Assembly (NCBI GenBank): GCA_964567855.1
Contig: CAZMOE010000004.1
Span: 10,544-74,543, forward strand
DNA length: 64,000 nucleotides
Direction of reading: 5' to 3'
DNA from: an uncultured Prevotellaceae bacterium
GTDB taxonomy: Bacteria > Bacteroidota > Bacteroidia > Bacteroidales > UBA3663
The first letter of the stretch is position 1. The number at the start of each line of letters is the position of its first letter. Below, piece after piece: positions 46,679-56,567 of this stretch. The translations under genes and the position numbers were made by a program. A model generated the notes under the pieces. The model saw only the letters and a list, made by a program, of their open reading frames with translations, ran no database searches and was not told the DNA's origin.

Positions 46679-47002
46679 CACGCATAATCAAAACATAAAA
46701 GCCTATGGTATAAACGGCAAGACATTGCGACATTAAGAAATATAATAAAGAGCGTTAGCTTTTGTTCCTTACTTTTTCCAGAATCTAGACAATTCTACAC
46801 TAATAAAGGAAACATAAGTCTATATGCCTGCGCCTAAAAGGCGGGGGCTTGACTGTATTCTATTAGTGGGGTAGTCTAGAACCTTGGAGAGTGAATACAA
46901 AAAGTCGGCTCCACGCCTTTTTTGTATTTCTACGCATTCCTCTGAAAACACGATTCTCCTCCGGAGCCAGGGAAAACACTCACCCCACTAAAAAACTAAA
47001 CA

Positions 47003-49684
47003 ATGAAAAATTTTATTTTTACCACCCTACTCCTAACCGTTTCTCTTTGTGCCGCAACGGCTTCCTATGCCCACGATGTGGAAATCGACGGAATTTATTA
47101 TGAAATAAACAGAACGGATAAGACTGCGTCGGTGACGTATAAAGGAGATAATTACGATGCATACGACGAATATCAAGGATCCGTTGTAATTCCATCTCGC
47201 ATAACCATCTCCGGAAATGCCTATTCCGTCAAATCCATTAACAACCATGCTTTCAGGAATTGCACAAGCCTGACAAATGTAGAAATTCCTAATTCTGTAA
47301 CAAGTATAGAGGCATATGCTTTTTACGGATGTACAAGCCTAACAAATATTCATATTCCTGATAAAGTAACAATTATTAAAAGCTACGCCTTTGCTGGTTG
47401 TAGAGGACTAAAATCCATATACCTTCCTCCTTCGTTAACTACCATTGGAAATAACGCATTCGCGAGCTGCGAAAATTTGACCTCCTTATATATTCCTAAT
47501 TCCGTAACAAAAATAGAAGCCAGGGCTTTCGAGGGTTGTACAAGTCTCTCATCAATATATATACCAAACTCTGTATCAAGTATACAGAATTATGCTTTTC
47601 GTAGCTGTACAAGCCTAACGACTATTGATCTCCCGAACTCTTTGACGGAAATTCCTTCCGGTTTATTCGCCGGCTGTTTCGAACTGACCACTGTCAATAT
47701 CCCGAATTCGATAAGAAAAATCAAGGAACATGCTTTCTCTAACTGTTCGAAACTCACAAATATAATTCTTCCCGATTTTATCACCTATCTCGGTGAGTAC
47801 GCTTTTCAATACTGCTCCAGTTTGAAAGAAATTGTTATCCCTAATACCCTAACAATAATTGAATCGCGTGTTTTTTATGATTGCCATTTAACTCCACTTT
47901 GCTTCACCAATGAACTTTCTCTTCAAGAATATAGTCTTAAAGGCTTAGATTCCACCTCTACCATCATCGCCCCCGCAGCCATGATTCCCTCCATAAAAAA
48001 GCAGTTTTCCGGTCACGTACAAAGTTGTCCCTATTTTGTAAACATTCGCTCGACCTATTTGCAAGAGATAAAATTTTCCATCACCGATTACAGTCATCTC
48101 TACCGAACCTACGGAAATTTCGAGCTGACCAAAGTCTGTGTTTCCGACAAAGAAATCGACTCTGACAAAGACGGTATCTACACCATAGGAAACCTGCAAC
48201 CTGGCGAAACCTATCCCTGTAAAGTCTATTTTAAGGAAAACGGAAGAGACACTATCCACTCCATAAATATACGAACCAGCGACCCCACTATACAAATTCT
48301 TCCGGAAGCTTATTCAAGCACTTATAGTACAATTACTATCGATGACATTTATGCAGATTCCGACCCCACTACCCAGAACATAGAAACAGGAGTTCAAATA
48401 AATGGTCAAAACTATAAAAAAGAAAACAACTTGCCGTTAAAAATCGGCGATTTGGATCCCAATACGACTTATACGGTAACTCCGTACGCTATCTATAACG
48501 GGAAAATCTGTTACGGTATAAACTCGAAGATAAAGACCTCGCAACTGAAGGTCTCCATAGAAAATCCGTCCGTCCACGCTACGACATTCTCTTGTACGGG
48601 TGTTTATGAAGCGGGCGATGCTATCATCACAGAAGAAAACCTGATCATTTCCTCCACTTCAGAAAATACATCCGCCGTTATCCACAATAGCGGACATCAG
48701 GTCTATCTGACCGGACTCACTCCAAACAGTTCCTATAGCGTCCGTTATTTCGTCAAATTCCCGAGCGGCAAACGGGCCAATTCCTCCACCTGCAACTTTA
48801 CTACCTTACCCCTCGAAATAGAGCATCTCGCCCCCAAAACAGTCAGCAGCTCCGCCGCCATAGCGCATGCCCGAACCAACATGACCGATGAAGAAACCGC
48901 CGTTTGGTTTGAATGGAGAAAAGAAAGCGACTCCGGAGAAGAAGCGACAGACTCTTGCAAAGGATTCCTTTATGAAGGTGAAATGGAAGGCCGGCTCCAC
49001 AACCTCATCGCCGGCACTAACTACCAAGTCCGTCCCTATTATGAGTCGGCTGCCGGAAAACGCTACTATGGTGAGTGGATCAAATTCAACACCAATAACC
49101 CGGTCTATTCAGACCCGACCGTACATACTTATGACAATGCCTCGGTCTGCGAAAACTCGGTCACACTGAACGGCTACATAATGGCCGGCACAGACGAAAT
49201 CACTGAACAGGGATTTGAATACTATGCAACCGACGCCCAAGGTCACTCATCCTCGCCGGCAGAAGTTCTCCTTGCCGAAGGAAACCGCATAACGGCAACA
49301 ATATACGGCCTAACGTTTGGCGTTACCTACCGATTCCGGGCTTATGCAAAGAGCCGGCAAAAAACAACATACGGAGAGGAGCGGGAATTTACCATTCTGC
49401 CGACCTCCGGCACCGGACAAATTCTCATCGAACCAAATCCGCATCCGGAAATCACCGTCCGCAACCTCTTCGCCCAAAGCCGCATCGAAATCTTTGTAAA
49501 CGGCAACGCGAATAGCTGCAGACGCATCACGCTTTTCAATCTAAACGGCCAACCGACGGCCACAAAAGAAAATGTTCCCGACGGCCATTGGTGCAGCATC
49601 CCGACCACAGCCCTCCCCGCCGGCCTATATATACTACAGGTTGAAAATACTGCGAAACCGATCAAACTGTTTTTAGGCAAGTAA
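47003..49684 (+). CDS. T9SS-sorted BspA-type leucine-rich repeat surface protein
   Basis: 893 aa with a signal peptide. About 10 tandem LRR_5 units (IPNSVTSIEAYAFYGCTSLTNIHIPDKVTIIKSYAFAGCRGLKSIYLP...). Ig/FN3-like repeats. C-terminus ITLFNLNGQPTATKENVPDGHWCSIPTTALPAGLYILQVENTAKPIKLFLGK is a T9SS sorting domain. Confidence 0.8.
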   Translation: MKNFIFTTLLLTVSLCAATASYAHDVEIDGIYYEINRTDKTASVTYKGDNYDAYDEYQGSVVIPSRITISGNAYSVKSINNHAFRNCTSLTNVEIPNSVTSIEAYAFYGCTSLTNIHIPDKVTIIKSYAFAGCRGLKSIYLPPSLTTIGNNAFASCENLTSLYIPNSVTKIEARAFEGCTSLSSIYIPNSVSSIQNYAFRSCTSLTTIDLPNSLTEIPSGLFAGCFELTTVNIPNSIRKIKEHAFSNCSKLTNIILPDFITYLGEYAFQYCSSLKEIVIPNTLTIIESRVFYDCHLTPLCFTNELSLQEYSLKGLDSTSTIIAPAAMIPSIKKQFSGHVQSCPYFVNIRSTYLQEIKFSITDYSHLYRTYGNFELTKVCVSDKEIDSDKDGIYTIGNLQPGETYPCKVYFKENGRDTIHSINIRTSDPTIQILPEAYSSTYSTITIDDIYADSDPTTQNIETGVQINGQNYKKENNLPLKIGDLDPNTTYTVTPYAIYNGKICYGINSKIKTSQLKVSIENPSVHATTFSCTGVYEAGDAIITEENLIISSTSENTSAVIHNSGHQVYLTGLTPNSSYSVRYFVKFPSGKRANSSTCNFTTLPLEIEHLAPKTVSSSAAIAHARTNMTDEETAVWFEWRKESDSGEEATDSCKGFLYEGEMEGRLHNLIAGTNYQVRPYYESAAGKRYYGEWIKFNTNNPVYSDPTVHTYDNASVCENSVTLNGYIMAGTDEITEQGFEYYATDAQGHSSSPAEVLLAEGNRITATIYGLTFGVTYRFRAYAKSRQKTTYGEEREFTILPTSGTGQILIEPNPHPEITVRNLFAQSRIEIFVNGNANSCRRITLFNLNGQPTATKENVPDGHWCSIPTTALPAGLYILQVENTAKPIKLFLGK

Positions 49685-49876
49685 TTACTCACAATCGGCG
49701 ACAGCCGTATGGGGGAATATAGGAAACCTGCGATCACTCTCGGCAAGGACCTATGTTCCCCCATTACATTCGCCACACAGACAAGCTTTCGGAATATTTA
49801 ATGCCGAAACCGCCAACATTTTCCGGTTTTGAAAGCAACTTGCCGATTTTAACATTCCTTTTTCAATTTTTTACAT

Positions 49877-49884
49877 TATCTTTG
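49877..49884 (+). promoter_or_regulatory. -7 promoter box (TATCTTTG) upstream of dapF
   Basis: TAnnTTTG match 39 nt upstream of the dapF ATG. Confidence 0.45.
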
Positions 49885-49922
49885 TCCGCAAAACAATCGT
49901 ATAATAGCTTTTCATCACAATC

Positions 49923-50801
49923 ATGTCACAAACTATCCGCTTCACCAAAATGCACGGTGCCGGCAACGACTATGTGTATATCAACGGTTTCGACGAACAT
50001 ATCGAGAATCCGGAAGCACTTGCCGTACGGATCAGCGACCGGCATTTCGGTATCGGTTCCGACGGCCTGGTGCTTATCCTGCCCAGCGACACGTGCGACT
50101 TCAGGATGCGCATGTTCAACGCAGACGGTACCGAAGCCGAAATGTGCGGCAACGCCACCCGCTGCGTGGGCAAATATGTCTACGACCATCGCATGACCCG
50201 CCAGACAGAAATCTCCCTCGAAACCAAAGCCGGTGTCAAAATCCTGCGACTCTATCCTGACGAGAAGGGGCTTATCCAACGCGTGCGCGTCAACATGGGA
50301 CAGCCGATCCTGACTCCCGCCGATATTCCGGTAACAACCGCAACACCAGAGGAAAAATTTCCCGCCGACCAGCCGGTCATCGACGCGCCCATCGATATTT
50401 GCGGCGAAGAGAAAAGAATGACCTGCGTCAGCATGGGTAACCCTCACGCCGTCTATTTTGTCGACGACGTCGCCGCTCTCGACCTGCCCCGCATCGGCCC
50501 TGCTTACGAAAACCATCCCCGGTTCCCCCGCCGCACCAACACGGAGTTTGTCGAGGTCGTGAACCGCAACCGCGTCAGAATGCGCGTCTGGGAACGCGGC
50601 GCCGGCGAGACTTTGGCTTGCGGCACAGGATGTTGCGCTACCTTAGTAGCCTGTGTCCTCAACGGAAAAACCGACCGCCACGCCATCATCGAACTTCTCG
50701 GCGGCGAACTGGAAATCGAGTGGGATGAAGCCAGCGGTGACATTTTCATGACCGGCCCCGCTACCACCGTGTTTGAAGGTATTTTGGAATGGAATCCTTA
50801 A
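49923..50801 (+). CDS. dapF: Diaminopimelate epimerase
   Basis: 292 aa. [38 protein letters not shown] and [13 protein letters not shown] (the two catalytic Cys motifs). Confidence 0.95.
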   Translation: MSQTIRFTKMHGAGNDYVYINGFDEHIENPEALAVRISDRHFGIGSDGLVLILPSDTCDFRMRMFNADGTEAEMCGNATRCVGKYVYDHRMTRQTEISLETKAGVKILRLYPDEKGLIQRVRVNMGQPILTPADIPVTTATPEEKFPADQPVIDAPIDICGEEKRMTCVSMGNPHAVYFVDDVAALDLPRIGPAYENHPRFPRRTNTEFVEVVNRNRVRMRVWERGAGETLACGTGCCATLVACVLNGKTDRHAIIELLGGELEIEWDEASGDIFMTGPATTVFEGILEWNP

Positions 50802-50879
50802 AAATATTCCCTATTTCATACCAGCCTCTCCCATGCAACCGATTTTCATTATTCTATGACTCTATAAATCCTCTATTCT

Positions 50880-52109
50880 ATGGCCCAAGTCAACGAAAAT
50901 TTCCTCAAAGTCTCTGAAAGCTATCTCTTTGTCGAAGTGGCACGCCGCATCCGCGCCTATCAGGAGACCCACCCCGAAGCAAAAATCATCAAAATGGGCA
51001 TCGGCGACGTGACCCGCCCCATTGTTCCCGCCGTCATCGAAGCGCTGCACAAGGCTGTCGATGAAATGGGAACCGCCGACGGTTTCCGCGGCTACGGTCC
51101 CGAACAGGGATATGCTTTCCTGCGTGAAACCATCCTCCGCCACGACTATACCGACCGCGGCATCGCTCTCGAAGCCGATGAAATCTTCATCAGCGACGGT
51201 GCCAAAAGCGATACGGGCAACATCGGCGATATTCTCGGCACCGGAAACACCGTGGCGGTCACCGACCCGGTCTATCCCGTCTACATCGACACCAACGTCA
51301 TGGGCGGCCGCGCCGGCGACCTGCTCGACGGCCGCTACAGCCGCGTCACCTACATGCCCTGCACCCGCGAAAACGGATTCGTGCCCGCACTACCGGAACA
51401 TCCCGTAGACATCATCTATCTTTGTTTTCCCAACAACCCGACCGGCACGACTCTCACGCGCGAGCAGCTCCGGACATGGGTCGACTACGCCCTTCGCAAC
51501 GACGCGCTGATCCTGTTCGATGCCGCCTATGAGGCTTTCATCACCGAAGCGGAGGTGCCCCGCTCCATCTATGAAATCGAAGGGGCAAAACGATGCGCCA
51601 TCGAATTCCGTTCGCTCTCCAAGACGGCCGGTTTCACCGGCCTGCGCTGCGGCTATACCGTTGTCCCCAAAGAGGTGACGGCACGCAAGAGCGACGGTAC
51701 CCGCGTACAGCTCAACCGACTTTGGTCCCGCCGGCAGAGTACCAAGTTCAACGGCACGGCTTACATCATCCAGCGCGCCGCCGAAGCGGTATTTTCTCCC
51801 GAAGGACAACAACAGATAATGGACAACATCGCCTATTACCGCGAGAACGCCCGCACGATGAAAGCCACTTTCGACAGCATCGGCATCGAGGCCTTCGGCG
51901 GTGTCAATTCGCCCTACATCTGGATCAAGACTCCGGACGACATGGATTCCTGGACCTTCTTCGACCGGCTGCTGGACGAATGTCATGTGGTAGGCACCCC
52001 CGGCGTAGGATTCGGCCCCAGCGGCGAAGGATATTTCCGCCTGACCGCTTTTGCCACACATGAAGCGACCCGTGAGGCCATGGAACGCATCCGGACCTGG
52101 AAAATATAA
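50880..52109 (+). CDS. dapL: LL-diaminopimelate aminotransferase
   Basis: 409 aa. [40 protein letters not shown], the PLP lysine region [17 protein letters not shown], and adjacency to dapF. Confidence 0.9.
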   Translation: MAQVNENFLKVSESYLFVEVARRIRAYQETHPEAKIIKMGIGDVTRPIVPAVIEALHKAVDEMGTADGFRGYGPEQGYAFLRETILRHDYTDRGIALEADEIFISDGAKSDTGNIGDILGTGNTVAVTDPVYPVYIDTNVMGGRAGDLLDGRYSRVTYMPCTRENGFVPALPEHPVDIIYLCFPNNPTGTTLTREQLRTWVDYALRNDALILFDAAYEAFITEAEVPRSIYEIEGAKRCAIEFRSLSKTAGFTGLRCGYTVVPKEVTARKSDGTRVQLNRLWSRRQSTKFNGTAYIIQRAAEAVFSPEGQQQIMDNIAYYRENARTMKATFDSIGIEAFGGVNSPYIWIKTPDDMDSWTFFDRLLDECHVVGTPGVGFGPSGEGYFRLTAFATHEATREAMERIRTWKI

Positions 52110-52139
52110 TCTCCGGGAGCAGCATCCCGCCATAAATAT

Positions 52140-52195
52140 CCCCCTGCCATCTTCATCGGAAACGGTTTCCGCGAAAAATGGCAGGGGGATTTTCT
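52140..52195. terminator. Nested bidirectional terminator between dapL and tcdA
   Basis: CCCCTGCCAT (52140-52149) pairs with ATGGCAGGGG (52177-52186). It encloses the inner hairpin CGGAAAC-G-GTTTCCG and is followed by GATTTTC. Confidence 0.65.
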
Positions 52196-52229
52196 TATTA
52201 TCGTTTCTTGCGGCAACGCAGGAAGCACC

Positions 52230-53036
52230 TCATTGCACCTTGGCACTGATATCCTGCACGACGAGACCGGCCAACATGAAGCCGAAAATGGCCGTCGTAT
52301 GCACTAAACTACCGTTGATCTGCGCTTTGGCGGCATCCCAGCGGCCGGCGGGCGCTACCGTGTCCATATCTGCCGCCTGCGGCGTCGCGGCAGGTACCGC
52401 AGAGGCCGCAGACGGTGCTTCCGCTCCTCGGTTCGGCATCACCTCCGGACTATAGACACACAGAAATTTGCGCTCCGGGAAGAGCTTGTCCCGCTTAAAG
52501 CGGTTCCGCAACGCACGCGCCAGCGGACACCCGCTGACTTTCCAGAACTCGGCCACATCGATCTTCAGCGGGTCCATTTTCAGCGCCGCCCCCATCGACG
52601 AAAAAAATACTGCCGGCGTAGCCGTCGCCCGACGTATCAGCAATGCCTTATTCTCCAGGCTGTCTATCGCATCGATAATATAATCATACGTCTCCAACGA
52701 AAATTCATCGGCCGTCGCAGCTGTGTAGGCGCTCTGCCGGGCATCGATGACGGCCGCGGGATTGATTTCAAGCAACCGTTCCCTGAGGGCATCGACCTTG
52801 GCCCGGCCGAGGGTGGCGGTCGTGGCCATCAATTGTCTGTTGACGTTGGTGATGCTGACACAATCAGAGTCGACGATCGTCAAATGTCCCACGCCGCTCC
52901 TGATCAGTCCCTCGGCACACCAGCTGCCGACGCCGCCCACACCGAAAAGAATCACACGGGCCGTCGCCAACGTCCGCATGACGTCGCCGCCAAGCATCCG
53001 TTCGGCCCGACTGAATATCCGATCTACTGCTTCCAT
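52230..53036 (-). CDS. tcdA: tRNA threonylcarbamoyladenosine dehydratase (ThiF/E1-like)
   Basis: 268 aa. ARVILFGVGGVGSWCAEGLIRSGVGHLTIVDSDCVSITNVNRQ is a Rossmann E1-like motif. The TcdA/CsdL family pattern continues through IDAIDS..NK. Confidence 0.85.
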   Translation of the reverse strand: MEAVDRIFSRAERMLGGDVMRTLATARVILFGVGGVGSWCAEGLIRSGVGHLTIVDSDCVSITNVNRQLMATTATLGRAKVDALRERLLEINPAAVIDARQSAYTAATADEFSLETYDYIIDAIDSLENKALLIRRATATPAVFFSSMGAALKMDPLKIDVAEFWKVSGCPLARALRNRFKRDKLFPERKFLCVYSPEVMPNRGAEAPSAASAVPAATPQAADMDTVAPAGRWDAAKAQINGSLVHTTAIFGFMLAGLVVQDISAKVQ

Positions 53037-53203
53037 CTCTTAGCTCTTTGATTTACGGCGCAAAGGTAATCAAAATTATCATATCCCGGCCCACCGATTC
53101 CCTGAGGCGGCCCCCTCATCCCCTTTGTTTCCTGAAAGAACGGTATAAAAAGCCTTCATTAACTTTTTTCTAAAAAAATCTTGTATTATTTCACCCTTCA
53201 CAT

Positions 53204-53211
53204 TACCTTTG
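53204..53211 (+). promoter_or_regulatory. -7 promoter box (TACCTTTG) driving the TPP-riboswitch leader
   Basis: TAnnTTTG match about 25 nt upstream of the riboswitch. Confidence 0.5.
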
Positions 53212-53229
53212 CCGCCGAAAATCCGGCAA

Positions 53230-53335
53230 AATGCCGGTAAGGGGTGCTTCTTCCACTCGGCCGTAATGCCGGTGAAGAGGCTGAGATCATACCCATTGAA
53301 CCTGATGCAGATAATACTGCCGCAGGGATACCGAC
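53230..53335 (+). promoter_or_regulatory. TPP (THI-box) riboswitch
   Basis: GGGGTGC...GGCTGAGATCATACCCATTGAACCTGATGCAGATAATACTGCCGCAGGGA contains the conserved CUGAGA, ACCC..GAACCUGAU and UAAUAC...GGGA elements of the thiamine pyrophosphate aptamer. It sits in the 5' leader of a TonB receptor/PnuC operon. Confidence 0.85.
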
Positions 53336-53424
53336 TCCTGTCACACGGGCTTCCGTGGGGAGTTTCTCAATGCTTTTTTTCTCATATTCCCCCTTTTTTT
53401 GTTCAACTTATCAATAGTTTATCA

Positions 53425-55752
53425 ATGAAAAGGGTATTGTTCATTTCATCCCTCCTGGTTGCCGGTGCAAAGCTCACTGCGGCAACCCCACAGCCGGCCG
53501 AGGCCGATGCTCCGGACTCGCTCCGGATGGCAGAACTTAACGAAGTGGTCGTAAAGGCCGTAAAAGCCGACCCGAACGCACCGTACGCAGTCAGCAACGT
53601 CGACAAGGCACAGCTGGAGCGTCATGCCGCAGGCGGACGGGAAATCCCGTTCCTCTTACAAATGACTCCGGGTGTCGTCGCCTCCTCCGATAACGGTCTC
53701 GGCATCGGAACGGGCTATCTGCGCATCCGCGGCTCTGCCGACTCCCGCATCAATGTCACCCTCGACGGAATGCCGCTCAACAGCCCCGAGGACCAGTGTG
53801 TTTTCTGGGCCAACATGAACAGCTATGCCGCATCACTCGGCAACGTTCAGATCCAGCGCGGCGTAGGCACCTCGACCAATGGCGACGGTGCATTCGGAGC
53901 CACTGTGGCCCTCACCAGCCAGACTCCCTCCATTGTCCCTGCCGCGACCGTCTCTGCCAGCTATGGCAGCTACAACACCTATGTGCTGGGCGGCTCCTTC
54001 AGCACAGGACTCATCGGCGACCATCTGATTTTCGACGGCCGCTATACTGAAACCAATACCGACGGTTACGTAGATCTCACCGGCAGCCGTTCCGGCAGTT
54101 ACTACGGCGGACTGACCTGGATCGATGATAAAGTCATCATCCGCTATAAAAATTTCGGCAACTTCGAAAAAACGGGACAGGCCTGGAACGGGCTCGACAA
54201 GGCCCTCTTCGATGCCGGTTACCGCAAATACAATCCGCTCAACGAATATTTCACCGATGCCGACGGCAACTATTCCGACGATCCGACCTCATACACAAAA
54301 GCCTACCCTTACCGCACGACCGACAATTTCTGGTATAACCACAATATCCTTTCGGCCGCATTCCGGTTCAACGACAAGTGGAGCTCCACTTTCGGCTTCC
54401 GTTACACGCACGGCTACGGATATTATAAAGAATGGCGCCCCGACAATAAACTGAAGAAGTTCGGACTCAGCGACGACAACCTCTCCAAGACCGACTTCAT
54501 CCGTAAGAAAGGACTGACTCAAGACTGGTGGGGAAGCAACTGGAACCTGAATTACAAGGACGAACGCTGGGACGTTGTCGGCGGATTCTCACTCCAGAAC
54601 TTCATCTGCAACCACTTCGGCCATCTTACCTATGCCAAAGGCCTCGAATATCTGCTGAGCGACGGCCGATATACCTATTATGACAGCGACGCCACCAAAT
54701 TCGATTTTTCGACGTTCGTCAAAGGTTCCTACCGCTTTAACGATTCCTGGAGTCTTTTCGCCGATATGCAATACCGCCATGTGGATTACCGTACCGACGG
54801 TGTAAACGACAAGTTCATCACGGCCGACGACTATGCCTATGTTGCCGATCCCGGAGAATTCCGTCAGAATGAGTTCGGCCACTATCAGCATATCCTCAAC
54901 ATCGACGAGCAGTTCAACTTCGCCAACCCTAAAGCCGGTGTCAGCTTCCATCGGGACGGACACAATGCCTATGCCTCCTTTGCCATGGCCCACCGCGAGC
55001 CCTCACGTAACAACTATACCGACAACGGGGCCTACGGAGCGCCCAAACATGAGACTCTGCTCGACTACGAAGCCGGCTACAGCTTTACCAACCGACATTT
55101 CCATGCCGGCGTCAACCTCTATTATATGGACTACGACAATCAGCTCGTGCAGACGGGAGAAATCTCCGACATCGGAGAGGCTCTGACCACCAATATCAAA
55201 GACTCCTACCGGATGGGTATCGAGGTGACGGCCGGATGGAACATCACGTCGTGGCTTTCATTGGAAGGAAACGTCGCACTCAGCCAAAATAAAGTGAAAG
55301 ACTTCGACGAAGTAGTGGAAGACTGGGATTCGGAAACCGGCTTCCGCACGGTTCATTACGACGACAGCGATCTGGCGTTCTCCCCCGATCTCGTCGCCAA
55401 CGGCATGTTGCATTTCAGCCATAAGGGTATCGATGCTACCTGGCACACCAATTATGTCGGCCGCCAGTACCTGGACAATACCGGATGCAAGGCCCGTTCG
55501 CTCGACGCCTACACGACCAGTAATCTGTATATCAGTTACAGCCTGCCCTGCAAACGCTTCGCAGGATTGAAGGAAATAATTTTCGGTCTCCAGGTCACCA
55601 ACATTTTCAACAAGAAATATTGCCCCAATGGCGGTGTCTATTCCGCTATCAGCGAAAGCGCCGGCTACACCAACGACCACCGATACACTGCGATCTGGGT
55701 CTATCCGATGGCAGGACCGGCTTCCATGGGCAACATAACGCTTAAATTCTGA
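53425..55752 (+). CDS. TonB-dependent receptor (riboswitch-controlled, putative thiamine/thiamine-precursor outer-membrane transporter)
   Basis: ATG at 53425 (MKRVLFISSLLVAGAKLTA signal peptide). Plug-domain motifs (LNEVVVKAV, TPGVVASSDNGLGIGTGYLRIRGS, VTLDGMPLN). C-terminal aromatic residue (LKF). The ORF-track start at 53209 would read through the riboswitch. Confidence 0.85.
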   Translation: MKRVLFISSLLVAGAKLTAATPQPAEADAPDSLRMAELNEVVVKAVKADPNAPYAVSNVDKAQLERHAAGGREIPFLLQMTPGVVASSDNGLGIGTGYLRIRGSADSRINVTLDGMPLNSPEDQCVFWANMNSYAASLGNVQIQRGVGTSTNGDGAFGATVALTSQTPSIVPAATVSASYGSYNTYVLGGSFSTGLIGDHLIFDGRYTETNTDGYVDLTGSRSGSYYGGLTWIDDKVIIRYKNFGNFEKTGQAWNGLDKALFDAGYRKYNPLNEYFTDADGNYSDDPTSYTKAYPYRTTDNFWYNHNILSAAFRFNDKWSSTFGFRYTHGYGYYKEWRPDNKLKKFGLSDDNLSKTDFIRKKGLTQDWWGSNWNLNYKDERWDVVGGFSLQNFICNHFGHLTYAKGLEYLLSDGRYTYYDSDATKFDFSTFVKGSYRFNDSWSLFADMQYRHVDYRTDGVNDKFITADDYAYVADPGEFRQNEFGHYQHILNIDEQFNFANPKAGVSFHRDGHNAYASFAMAHREPSRNNYTDNGAYGAPKHETLLDYEAGYSFTNRHFHAGVNLYYMDYDNQLVQTGEISDIGEALTTNIKDSYRMGIEVTAGWNITSWLSLEGNVALSQNKVKDFDEVVEDWDSETGFRTVHYDDSDLAFSPDLVANGMLHFSHKGIDATWHTNYVGRQYLDNTGCKARSLDAYTTSNLYISYSLPCKRFAGLKEIIFGLQVTNIFNKKYCPNGGVYSAISESAGYTNDHRYTAIWVYPMAGPASMGNITLKF

Positions 55753-55754
55753 CG

Positions 55755-56390
55755 ATGGAGGGAATCTCGTTCTTCAAGGCCTTGGAATATGCCGGACTGC
55801 TCGTAAGTTTCCTATATTTATACTTCGAATTCAAACAGAAACAGGTGATGTGGCTGTTTTCCATCCTCTGTTCGATGATATATATATGTATCTATATCCA
55901 TGCCAAGCTTTACGCCGACATGAGTTTCAGTTGCTTCAACATCTGTATCAGCGTCTGGGGATTATGGCAATGGAGGAAACGGCTGTCCGACGGAATCCGT
56001 GAAAAGAGGGAAGACAAACATAAGACCATTGAATACCGCCGCTTCAACGGCAGGGAATGGATGCAGATCGCAGCCTGCACCGCGGTAATCTATGCGGCCA
56101 TCTATGCCATACTGAGCTTTCTCACCGACTCGCCCGTACCGGCCAAAGATGCTTTCAACACGACCATCAATATCGTGGGCACCTGGGTATTGGGTAAAAA
56201 GGCCATCGAAGTATGGGGTTTCTGGTTCGTTGCCAATATCTTCTCGGTCTATCTGTATTTTATCCGCGGACTATATCCGACCATGGGGTTGTATATGTTC
56301 TACACGGGCGCCGCAATCTATGGTTTCTGGAAGTGGAAACGACACGGCGTCCTCATCAAGACTGAAAATCCGTCTCCGGAAAAAATCTGA
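55755..56390 (+). CDS. pnuC: PnuC-family transporter (PnuT-type thiamine transporter inferred from riboswitch context)
   Basis: 211 aa with about 7 TM helices and the WxxxW motifs of the nicotinamide riboside transporter family (WGLWQW, YGFWKWK). It starts 3 nt after the TonB receptor stop. Confidence 0.8.
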   Translation: MEGISFFKALEYAGLLVSFLYLYFEFKQKQVMWLFSILCSMIYICIYIHAKLYADMSFSCFNICISVWGLWQWRKRLSDGIREKREDKHKTIEYRRFNGREWMQIAACTAVIYAAIYAILSFLTDSPVPAKDAFNTTINIVGTWVLGKKAIEVWGFWFVANIFSVYLYFIRGLYPTMGLYMFYTGAAIYGFWKWKRHGVLIKTENPSPEKI

Positions 56391-56425
56391 CAGCAATCGC
56401 CTGAAAACGGGATTCGCAAAAAAGA

Positions 56426-56466
56426 CCTCCGCCGACTCTTATACAAGAGTTGGCGGAGGCGTTTTT
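56426..56466. terminator. Bidirectional terminator between pnuC and the CoA-transferase gene
   Basis: CCTCCGCCGACTCT (56426-56439) pairs with AGAGTTGGCGGAGG (56446-56459), with one G-U pair. A-run upstream and CGTTTTT downstream. Confidence 0.75.
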
Positions 56467-56567
56467 ATATCTCCGGGCATTACAGACCCGAAACACGCTT
56501 CATATGTTACAGCATCCCGTTCAGAAAAGGTCGCAAATCGCAGCCGGGAAACCGGAGCGGCCTCCGC

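Noticed and set aside
46840-46860. GGCGGGGGCTTGACTG, reminiscent of a tmRNA 5' end (GGGGCUGA...).
   Set aside because: No tRNA-like 3' end (T-arm plus CCA), no tag reading frame and no pseudoknot-scale sequence follows.
53209-53424. Upstream extension of the TonB-receptor ORF (track start 53209).
   Set aside because: It would translate through the TPP riboswitch. A canonical signal peptide begins at the ATG at 53425.
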